NCBI GenBank assembly: GCA_965237905.1
Contig: OZ250172.1
Location: forward strand, 160,001 to 224,000
Length of the DNA: 64,000 nucleotides
Origin: Nitrospinaceae bacterium
Lineage (GTDB): Bacteria > Nitrospinota > Nitrospinia > Nitrospinales > Nitrospinaceae
Direction of reading: 5' to 3'
In this document: positions 20,267-28,494 of the stretch, piece by piece
Position numbering within the stretch: the stretch's first letter is position 1
Layout of the letters: the number at the start of each line of letters is the position of its first letter
Translations under genes and position numbers: made by a program
The notes under the pieces: generated by a model
What the model was told of the DNA's origin: nothing
Databases searched by the model: none
Seen by the model: the letters and a program-made list of their open reading frames with translations, nothing else

Positions 20267-20285
20267 GATAATCATTCTCATTATT
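20266..20285. promoter_or_regulatory. Fur box
   Basis: TGATAAT-C-ATTCTCA matches the 7-1-7 Fur motif at 13/14; GATAATCATTCTCATTATT matches the 19-bp consensus at 15/19. It abuts the -10 element upstream of an iron permease. Confidence 0.8.
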
Positions 20286-20328
20286 AAAATAGATGGAATA
20301 AGTTCCATCCTGAGAAGTCTATTAACGT

Positions 20329-22500
20329 ATGGTCAAAAGGCCCAAAGGTAAAATGCTCGCCAAAAACAAACCAATGAGAACAACAAGTGTCCTCGCCGCC
20401 CTATTAGGATTCCTTTTAATAGCTCTGCATTTTCCAACCCAGGCTGAGTCTCAGCCTGGAAAACTGGAATCCCAAGTCAAAAAAATCGTGATGATGATGA
20501 ACATCGTCAACAAGGAATACCACGAGGGAATTGCAGAGGGAAAGGTCATCAACGCCGCGGAGTATGAGGAGAGCCAGGTATTTCTGGAGCAGGCGTTTGG
20601 CCGTTACCAGACTCTGACCGAGGGTGCGACACCGCAAGGGAAACAGGACAAGCTGGCCAACCGGTTTTCATCGCTGATTCAAAAGATAAAAAGCAAAGCA
20701 GACCCCGGCGTGATCCAATCAGAGGTCAACGCCATCAATTCCGGAATCCTCAAAAAGTTCAATATCAAGCTCAGCGAAACGCCTTCCGAGCCGGTGTCTC
20801 TCGAAAATGGTCGTACTCTTTACATGAATAATTGCAAGGTATGTCATGGAATTGAAGGCAAAGGAGACGGGCCCATAGCGCCGCAACTGAATCCCAAACC
20901 CGCGGTGTTGGCCAATCCCCAATTCACCGGTGACGAATTTTCCAAACCCTACGACAACTTCCAGATCATCAACGTGGGCATTGCCAATACGGCGATGGTG
21001 GGCTGGGCCGATCAGTTTTCCGAGAAGGAGCTTTGGGATGTCACTTATTTCATCCGGACGTTTTCCAACGAGAATGTGAAGCTTCCGCTGCTGGTTTCCC
21101 AGACCTCATCCCAGGGCATCGAGAAAAGTCGGGAAAGTGCGACCAAAAAAATCTTCAGCGAAGTATTTTTGTTACTGGATCAAAGTCTGGATGCCTACCG
21201 GGAAGGCCGCAACCGGGAGGCTTCGGAGTCCGCTTTCGACGCCTATCTGACCTATGAAAAATTAGAGTCGCCCTTAATCACCAAGCGTAAGGAACTGGGC
21301 CTCAAGCTGGAATCCTCTTTTGGGAGACTGCAGGCGGAAATCAAGCGGAACGCATCCATCGATCTGGTAGAAAAAGTTGCGCAGGGAATTACCGGCGACT
21401 TGAAAGAGGCGCAACAAGTTCTGACTCAAGAGATCGGGTTTACCGGTTTGTTCATCCAATCCTTCTCGATCATCGTGCGCGAGGGATTTGAAGCCATTTT
21501 GATCATCGCGGCGTTGATCACCTTCCTCATCAAATCCCGCAACCAGGACAAACTGAAGGCCATTTATATGGGCGTGCTGATCGGGGTCATCGGTAGTTTT
21601 ATCACCGCGTATATCCTTCAGGAACTTCTGGATATCAGCATGGCCAGCCAGGAAATGATGGAAGGAATCATCATGTTGGTAGCGGTCGTGGTTCTATTTT
21701 ATGTCAGCTACTGGTTGGTTTCTAAAATCGAAGCGACCAAATGGCAAAGTTATATCACCGGTAAAATGCAGAAAGCGGTCACCACCGGCAGTGCCTTTAC
21801 CCTGAGCATGGTTGCCTTTCTGTCGGTTTATCGGGAAGGGTTTGAGACCGTTCTGTTTTACAAAGCCCTGTATCTTTATGCCGGAGACACTACCGCTGGG
21901 ATCATTCCGGGATTTATCGCCGGAAGTGTTGTTTTGGCTGTGGTTTATTTTCTGATCAATCAATTGGGAATGCGTATCCCGGTAAAATGGTTTTTCGTAA
22001 TCACCAGTGTTTTTCTTTATTACATGGCATTCATGTTCATGGGCAAAGGGCTCCACGAATTACAAATGGGAGCAGCCTTGAGCATGACCGGCGCCGACTT
22101 TGCTCCCGAAATTCCCTGGCTGGGCATGTACCCGACCTGGGAAACCTTCATCGGCCAGATGATTCTCGTGGTGGCCTACGCCGGGGCCTTGGTTTATACC
22201 TTCGGCATCAAACAGGAACGCGCGGCCCATGAATTAAAATCGGAGGCGACCCAGATCCAGCAGAATATTACCGTGGTCCACGATCTGGTCGAGCACATTT
22301 CGCACCACGCCAAGCGGTGCGAAATTTTCCTCAAGGATACCCGTGACCAGGACCTTAAGGAATTATCCGCACATTTGAAGGAAATCGACTCCAAAGTCCA
22401 TGAGTTGTTCGATCAGGTGATCTATTTTGAAAACCGCCTGACGGATGAGTACGATCGCTTGTCGCAACCCATCGGCGCCAAGGAAAAGGATTTGCATTGA
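20329..22500 (+). CDS. cytochrome c-FTR1 (EfeU/PbrT-type) iron permease with His/Cys-rich C-terminal tail
   Basis: Signal peptide, CKVCH heme c motif, two REGFE motifs in the 7-TM FTR1 domain, about 95-aa extra cytoplasmic tail. The true start may be a slightly downstream Met. Confidence 0.92.
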   Translation: MVKRPKGKMLAKNKPMRTTSVLAALLGFLLIALHFPTQAESQPGKLESQVKKIVMMMNIVNKEYHEGIAEGKVINAAEYEESQVFLEQAFGRYQTLTEGATPQGKQDKLANRFSSLIQKIKSKADPGVIQSEVNAINSGILKKFNIKLSETPSEPVSLENGRTLYMNNCKVCHGIEGKGDGPIAPQLNPKPAVLANPQFTGDEFSKPYDNFQIINVGIANTAMVGWADQFSEKELWDVTYFIRTFSNENVKLPLLVSQTSSQGIEKSRESATKKIFSEVFLLLDQSLDAYREGRNREASESAFDAYLTYEKLESPLITKRKELGLKLESSFGRLQAEIKRNASIDLVEKVAQGITGDLKEAQQVLTQEIGFTGLFIQSFSIIVREGFEAILIIAALITFLIKSRNQDKLKAIYMGVLIGVIGSFITAYILQELLDISMASQEMMEGIIMLVAVVVLFYVSYWLVSKIEATKWQSYITGKMQKAVTTGSAFTLSMVAFLSVYREGFETVLFYKALYLYAGDTTAGIIPGFIAGSVVLAVVYFLINQLGMRIPVKWFFVITSVFLYYMAFMFMGKGLHELQMGAALSMTGADFAPEIPWLGMYPTWETFIGQMILVVAYAGALVYTFGIKQERAAHELKSEATQIQQNITVVHDLVEHISHHAKRCEIFLKDTRDQDLKELSAHLKEIDSKVHELFDQVIYFENRLTDEYDRLSQPIGAKEKDLH

Positions 22501-24056
22501 GATTCCGGGTTTTTAAAACCTCTCGTGATTTTCACAAATGGACCGGATTTGTCTGCGCAATCTTCATCTTGATACTTTCCATCAGCGGCATTCTGCTCAT
22601 GCACCGGGACTCCCTGGACCTGGACCAAATAGAAATTTCCGCCCAATACCTGCCGGATAAATACTTCCATCTGGTCAAAGACAAACTAAAAATTCAAACT
22701 GTCGCTGTAAATCCCCAAAACGGGAAAATCATTTTCGTGGGCACCGGCAACGGATTGTTCCGCTCCAAAGATGGCGGGGAAACCTGGCAGTCTCTGCACG
22801 ATGGACTGCGTGACGAAAATATCCGTGCGCTGGCTTTACACCCTTCCGCACCCAACATGATCTATGCCGGCACCGCCAAGGGTATTTTCTTATCCGAGGA
22901 TGGCGGGGACCATTGGACCGACTGGTTCGAGGAATCTTCAGGCTTGTCGAACATGGATATCCAAGATTTAGTCATTCATCCTGAAAAACCGGGACTCCTT
23001 TTCGCCGCCACACCCGGCGGTTTGTTTGTTTCCCGGGATGAAGGCGACACTTGGGAACTCACCTTCGAAGGAAATCTGTCCAAGGGAAGTCGGGATGTGC
23101 GTTTTGTCCGCTTCTCCTCCAAGGCCCGCTCCTTGTATATCGGAACGGCCAGTGGAATTTTCAAAAGCGCCGACGGCGGCAAGCACTGGGACAAGAAATG
23201 GGAAGGTGCCCTGCCCTCGCCTCTGTCACTGGTCTCTCTGGACACTGATCCTGAATTTATTTATGCCGGAACCCCGGATGGGCTTTACAAATCTTACAAC
23301 AGGGGAATCACCTGGGTTCATGATACGACACTGGACGAAGCGGTACGCCAATTGGCGGTGGACCCCGGAAATACCACCCATGTTTACATGGGAACGGCCC
23401 GTCATGTTTTCGTTTCCCCCGATGGCGGAGATACCTGGAATCCTTTGGGTTTTGAGGAAGACGATGGAACCACTCTGGATAGTTTGACTCTGGTTCGTTC
23501 TGCCGGGCAATCCTCCCCTACCCTGATCGCCGGCACTTCAAGCGGTCTTTTTATTTCCAAGACTGGAGGACGCGCCTGGAAGGAAACCTCGCTTGCGGAA
23601 ACCATCCAACAAAAATCCGGCGGCCATCTCAAAATGGATCTCGTCAAGTTGATGACGGAAATTCATACCGGACGCTTTTTCGGTGATTACGTTTATCTAC
23701 TGGTGGACATTGCCACCGTTGGACTGTTGGTGTTGGTGTTTTCCGGATTTGGTCTGGCCTTTTACCGGAAGCGAATCGCTAAGTCCAAAGAGGTCAAGAA
23801 GCAAATTACGGAGGAAGAGGCGGTCAACAACTTTCTCAATATTCAGGAGACCGCGGACGGGTTATCGCAGGAGAGTGTGGAAATCCATGACATGATCGAG
23901 CATATCAACTCCCACCTGGCCAAGTGCCGATCGGTCTACATTTCAAAAGAAAAGAAGGAAATCGATAAAATAGGACGGCACATTACAGATTTAGACAAGA
24001 AAATGCATCATCTGATGGAAAAAATCGAGGAGTTCAATAAACTTTCCCAGAACTAG
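22497..24056 (+). CDS. PepSY-associated TM protein with BNR/Asp-box beta-propeller and His/Cys-rich tail
   Basis: FHKWTG...SGILLMH TM1, seven SxDGGxxW-type repeats, EIHTGRFFG before TM2. Its TTG start overlaps the FTR1 TGA stop. Confidence 0.85.
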   Translation: MRFRVFKTSRDFHKWTGFVCAIFILILSISGILLMHRDSLDLDQIEISAQYLPDKYFHLVKDKLKIQTVAVNPQNGKIIFVGTGNGLFRSKDGGETWQSLHDGLRDENIRALALHPSAPNMIYAGTAKGIFLSEDGGDHWTDWFEESSGLSNMDIQDLVIHPEKPGLLFAATPGGLFVSRDEGDTWELTFEGNLSKGSRDVRFVRFSSKARSLYIGTASGIFKSADGGKHWDKKWEGALPSPLSLVSLDTDPEFIYAGTPDGLYKSYNRGITWVHDTTLDEAVRQLAVDPGNTTHVYMGTARHVFVSPDGGDTWNPLGFEEDDGTTLDSLTLVRSAGQSSPTLIAGTSSGLFISKTGGRAWKETSLAETIQQKSGGHLKMDLVKLMTEIHTGRFFGDYVYLLVDIATVGLLVLVFSGFGLAFYRKRIAKSKEVKKQITEEEAVNNFLNIQETADGLSQESVEIHDMIEHINSHLAKCRSVYISKEKKEIDKIGRHITDLDKKMHHLMEKIEEFNKLSQN

Positions 24057-24092
24057 GAAACAAGAGGACCGGACCCTAAAAACGATAGGGGA

Positions 24093-24362
24093 TTAATGCA
24101 GAAAGTTCTTTTCTTTTGAGTTGGAGCTGCTTGACGGACCCAAATCGCGGTTGAAATCCATTTTCTTGAATTCTTCCCACGAATCACGGCAAAGATTGAA
24201 ACCTACAAAATCGATGGCCTGCATCAGCTCCAGATCGGATATTTTATTGTCTCCCGCTTCGGCGCGTGCTTCCTGAATGACGTCTTCAAGGTTTTCGCAG
24301 AGCCGGGCAAAGCGTTCTTCATCTTCCCAATGCAGGACATTTTTCATAAAATCGAAACTCAT
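24093..24362 (-). CDS. hypothetical protein
   Basis: 89-aa ORF with GGGGAG RBS, downstream of the eda-like gene. Confidence 0.65.
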   Translation of the reverse strand: MSFDFMKNVLHWEDEERFARLCENLEDVIQEARAEAGDNKISDLELMQAIDFVGFNLCRDSWEEFKKMDFNRDLGPSSSSNSKEKNFLH

Positions 24363-24404
24363 GTGGCTCCCCCCTTTGCAGGACTTAAAAAATTAAAACC
24401 AACT

Positions 24405-25052
24405 CTACTCCATTGTATTCAAAAAATTTCTCACTGCAAATAAAATTTCCTTCAGATGGTCGCATATCTTTGAATATTCCCCGTTTACCATTCGCGACTG
24501 TGAAAACACCGACCCCCCCACTGCCACCGCGGATGCGCCGGACGAAAAATAGGCAGGAATATTTTCGGTGGTAACCCCACCGACAGCCATCAACGGGATA
24601 TCCTCAAACGGTCCTTTAATCTCGCGGAAATACTGCGGTCCCCATTGGGAAGCGGGAAATACTTTGACCATGGTAGCCCCAGCCTGCCATGCCCTCTCAA
24701 TCTCGCTGGGGGTCAAAGCACCGGGAAAATAAGGTAACGCCTGATTCCGGCAATAGGACGCCACATCTTCATTCAACGCCGGGCTGACCAGAAACCGGGC
24801 ACCGGAAGCAACGGCCTGCTTGGCCTGTTCCCGGGTGCGCACGGTACCGGCTCCAATGCACAGGGACCCTCCATACTGTTTGACGGCTGATTCGATCAAC
24901 CCGAACGCATGGTCTGTATTCAGCGTGATTTCAAGAAATTTAAGGCCGGCGTCCCGCGCGGAGTTGAAAACTCCTTCGAGACTGTTTTTCGGAACGCCAC
25001 GCACAATGCCCAGTACGGGTTCACGTTTGAAGAGTTCGGAATCAAATTTCAA
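24405..25052 (-). CDS. eda: KDPG/KHG aldolase
   Basis: LGIVRG, LEITL, IGAGTV, FLVSP, PGALTPSE, VKVFPA, AVGGV. Confidence 0.92.
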   Translation of the reverse strand: MKFDSELFKREPVLGIVRGVPKNSLEGVFNSARDAGLKFLEITLNTDHAFGLIESAVKQYGGSLCIGAGTVRTREQAKQAVASGARFLVSPALNEDVASYCRNQALPYFPGALTPSEIERAWQAGATMVKVFPASQWGPQYFREIKGPFEDIPLMAVGGVTTENIPAYFSSGASAVAVGGSVFSQSRMVNGEYSKICDHLKEILFAVRNFLNTME

Positions 25053-25068
25053 GCTTTTGTTTCCCGGA

Positions 25069-26019
25069 TCAAACGTTGGTTTCGCTGATGATTTTTTCGT
25101 AGAACTTCAAGAATCCGTTCTTATTTTCCGTTTTCATTAACGCCATACCTGCTCGCGGATGCACATCCAATGATCCTGTAATCATATAGGGAATGATGTA
25201 ACCCCACTCGATTTCCTCCCGGATTTTAAGAAAATCAGTGCCGATGATTTTGATGATCGGGCGAATATCGTATTTGGGGTTTTTAAGAAAACCCAGGAGC
25301 AGTTCCAAAGGACAGTTGCCGGCGGCGCGGCCGATCCCGTAGATGGTTCCATCCAGATAGTTGATGTTGTTGATGATGGATTCAATGGTATTGGCGAAGG
25401 CCAATTGCTGATTGTTGTGGGCATGAATTCCGAGCTCCTTACTGGGCATCAGCGATTTGTACTTTTTGGCCAGGTAGGCAATCTGCTCGGAATAAAGCGC
25501 GCCGAAACTATCCACCAGATAAATCACATCCGCGGCGCTTTCTTTTTCGACCTGCTCCAGCGCTTCGTCCAACTCCCGCTCACGCGCGTGGGATACAGCC
25601 ATGATATTGATGGTGGTTTCGTATCCCTTGCCATTCAATTTATTCACCAGATCGATGGCTTTATCGATGTCCTTAACGTAGGAAGCCACCCGGAACATAT
25701 CGACATGACTTTCCCCACTGGGAATGACGCTATCCGGGTCGAATCGTCCAATATCCGCCATAACGGAAATTTTTACTTTCTTTTCAATTCCGTTGACCAC
25801 TTTTTCAATATCTTTCTCACTACAAAACTTCATGGGTCCGAATTCCGACCGGGCGAACTGGGATTCATCCGCTTTATAACCCAACTCAATATAATCAATA
25901 CCCGCGTCATTGGCAGACTGATATACTTTACGCACCAATTCATCCGAGAATTGATGATTATTCATCAATCCTCCGTCGCGAATGGTACAATCCAAAACTT
26001 TAATTTCCGGGCGATACAT
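25069..26019 (-). CDS. DRE-TIM metallolyase (4-hydroxy-2-oxovalerate aldolase-like)
   Basis: LDCTIRDGG, VDSFG, GIHAHNNQQLAFAN, GIGRAAGN. Confidence 0.85.
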   Translation of the reverse strand: MYRPEIKVLDCTIRDGGLMNNHQFSDELVRKVYQSANDAGIDYIELGYKADESQFARSEFGPMKFCSEKDIEKVVNGIEKKVKISVMADIGRFDPDSVIPSGESHVDMFRVASYVKDIDKAIDLVNKLNGKGYETTINIMAVSHARERELDEALEQVEKESAADVIYLVDSFGALYSEQIAYLAKKYKSLMPSKELGIHAHNNQQLAFANTIESIINNINYLDGTIYGIGRAAGNCPLELLLGFLKNPKYDIRPIIKIIGTDFLKIREEIEWGYIIPYMITGSLDVHPRAGMALMKTENKNGFLKFYEKIISETNV

Positions 26020-26261
26020 ACGTCTCAAGCTCCAAAGGCAAATCTACCGCAATTCAGGTAGAGATCATAAAAACTAATTAAACTGATTGAATTTGCTGAT
26101 TATATTTAGGTCGGGCGTTTCAGTCAATTAGATAATCCCAAATTCTGATTTTATTTAAATTTTATGGTAAATTTCAAAGCTTTGTATTATAAAGAGTTGT
26201 TTAAATTTCTTGAATATTCATATCAAGAATAGTGCTTTACTTGTTGGAAAGGAAACAAAAT

Positions 26262-26675
26262 ATGCAGTTCTGGCTGATTAAACAGGAGCCTTCCAAATAC
26301 AGCTGGGAAGAATTTTTGAAAGATAAGACGACCTATTGGGACGGGGTCCGCAATTATCAGGCGCGGAATAATCTGCAGGCGATGAAAAAGGGCGATCAGG
26401 TTTTCTTCTATCACAGTGTGGTGGGAAAACAAATTATGGGCATCGCCAAAGTGACCCGCGAATCCTATCCCGATCCCACCACCGACGATCCGGCCTGGGT
26501 GGTGGTCGATTTAAAACCAGTCAAATCGTTGAAAGTTCCGGTCACCTTGGAGCAGATCAAATCCCATCCAAAATTAAAAGAGATCCCGCTGGTCAAACAG
26601 TCCCGTCTATCGGTCATACCTTTGACTCAATCAGAATATAAAATTATTTTGGAATTGGGAAAAACCAAAGTCTGA
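26262..26675 (+). CDS. EVE domain protein
   Basis: WLIKQEP, WDGVRNYQARN, GDQVFFYHS, YPDPT, RLSV. Confidence 0.93.
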   Translation: MQFWLIKQEPSKYSWEEFLKDKTTYWDGVRNYQARNNLQAMKKGDQVFFYHSVVGKQIMGIAKVTRESYPDPTTDDPAWVVVDLKPVKSLKVPVTLEQIKSHPKLKEIPLVKQSRLSVIPLTQSEYKIILELGKTKV

Positions 26676-26822
26676 TCAAGCTACCCTGTTTTTGCACAGG
26701 CAAAAAGGACATTGACTTAAAACCGAATGGAGTTTAAATTGGCAGAAAATGGGGTTGTTCATTCCATTTACCCAGTCGTTAAGATATCTGATCGCCTTTC
26801 CTCTTCAGAATAAAAACCACCC

Positions 26823-27494
26823 ATGCGAATCAAGTCAGTTCCATTTTTTTTGTTGTGTGTTTGCCTCCATACCACTTTTGCCGGAACCGCGTGGAGCCAG
26901 ACACAAATCCAAACGTGCCATAGCGAATTGTCTCCTCTGAAAAAAACCAAGAACGCGATTATTGAAGAGGGTGGCATGTGGGGACTTTTTGAACGCTATA
27001 AGGAACTCCGTGAGGAATCCAGCAAAGCCATACAGTTGGATTCCAAAATTCAACAATTGGTTTGGCTGTTGAATTATCTATGCGAAACCGTTGAAGGGGT
27101 CCCTTTGAATGACTTGGCGGTCTACCTGACTGAAAACCTGAAAGAAAAAAGCAAGCCGCAGTTCAAGAAGGAACTTATCATCTTGGGGAAATCGGAAGCT
27201 GAAATTGATATCTGGTTCACTTTTTCGGATATATCCCTTAAGAACCAGATCAGAAAATTAAACGTGGAGACCCTTTACAATTCCATTCAAAAAGCGCTTC
27301 CGTTGATGCGCCAATACAAACGGTTGGCTGAAGAGATTGAGCAATCCCCAAATACAAAACAAGTTGAACGTGTGGGTACCCTCTATCGGGAAATTGAGCA
27401 ACTGGAGTCTTCAGATTCCTATTTAGTGCAGGCCTTGCTGGAAACATCCCAGGTACCGCATTGGGATATCGACGAAAGTACCGGCGGCTCCTGA
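26823..27494 (+). CDS. exported hypothetical helical protein
   Basis: Signal-peptide-like N-terminus; upstream TTGACT-N17-TAAATT (26712-26740). Confidence 0.7.
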   Translation: MRIKSVPFFLLCVCLHTTFAGTAWSQTQIQTCHSELSPLKKTKNAIIEEGGMWGLFERYKELREESSKAIQLDSKIQQLVWLLNYLCETVEGVPLNDLAVYLTENLKEKSKPQFKKELIILGKSEAEIDIWFTFSDISLKNQIRKLNVETLYNSIQKALPLMRQYKRLAEEIEQSPNTKQVERVGTLYREIEQLESSDSYLVQALLETSQVPHWDIDESTGGS

Positions 27495-27544
27495 CTTTAA
27501 ACAAACCGACTTGTAACACTACAAATCCAAACAGGGAGAAGGAC

Positions 27545-28345
27545 ATGGGAAATTTTCTAGTGATCGGCGGATCCGGGGTTATGGGCACTGCCGCGATACA
27601 GGCTGTACGGGAAGTCTTTGGCAAAGAAGCCAACATCGTTGCCAATTGGTATGGCAAGGAGGACACAGGCCTGAAAATAGAGAATGCCGACCACACCCTG
27701 TTCGGTGATGTGAGCGACCCTAAATGCCTGGAAGACATCAAGTCCAAGGCTATTGCTTACGATTATATATTTTACGCCACAGCCCTGGGGGATGTCGGTA
27801 TCCCCATTAAAAGTGCAACTCAGGAACAAATTGACCGCTCCAACCGGCTTTCCTTTGATCCTATTCCGATGCTGGAAGAGGCCCTGAATATTGGAGTGAT
27901 TGTTGCCTATTCGACGTTTTACGTGACACGCCACCAATTGGGAAGTTATGGAGCCATGGGTTATTCCAAAGAAGCGATTGAGAAATGGACTCTGGAAAGT
28001 GGAAAGTCCGGGCACGCCTGTATTCGGGCCGGTTTGTTTGAATCGCAATCTTCCCGTGGCATCAAACTTCTTTTGAGGAAAAATGCCAAGCACCTCGAAA
28101 CGATTGAAGATCCTCTGATTCGATCCTACTTTGAAAATGTAAGCACCAAGGAGGGTATCGACCGGTATCTTGAAGGCATCATCAATGAAGAAAAGGAACT
28201 GTTTGGAGACAGCCCCACTACGGCAAAAGACCTCTATAAAGCCCACTTAGAGTTGTTCAAGACGGATGATCCGAAATTCGTCAATGTCTGTGGGAAGAAA
28301 ATCTGGTTGACGGAGGACCCGCAGTTGATCAAGGATCATATTTAA
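27545..28345 (+). CDS. atypical SDR, divergent enoyl-ACP reductase (FabI)-like
   Basis: VIGGSGVMG Rossmann motif, YGAMGYSK (YxxMxxxK), IRAG...SRGI. Start after AAGGA RBS. Confidence 0.6.
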   Translation: MGNFLVIGGSGVMGTAAIQAVREVFGKEANIVANWYGKEDTGLKIENADHTLFGDVSDPKCLEDIKSKAIAYDYIFYATALGDVGIPIKSATQEQIDRSNRLSFDPIPMLEEALNIGVIVAYSTFYVTRHQLGSYGAMGYSKEAIEKWTLESGKSGHACIRAGLFESQSSRGIKLLLRKNAKHLETIEDPLIRSYFENVSTKEGIDRYLEGIINEEKELFGDSPTTAKDLYKAHLELFKTDDPKFVNVCGKKIWLTEDPQLIKDHI

Positions 28346-28494
28346 GGCATACCGATCCAAAAAAACCGCTTTATCCGTTTGAAAGGATTGGCGCTAAGTG
28401 ATTAGAGCTATTGCTTTTATCAGGTGTTTGAAAGATAATACAATAAATCATTTGTTCTATTCTCATCAATTTTGGGTCAACCGTTTATATCCTC

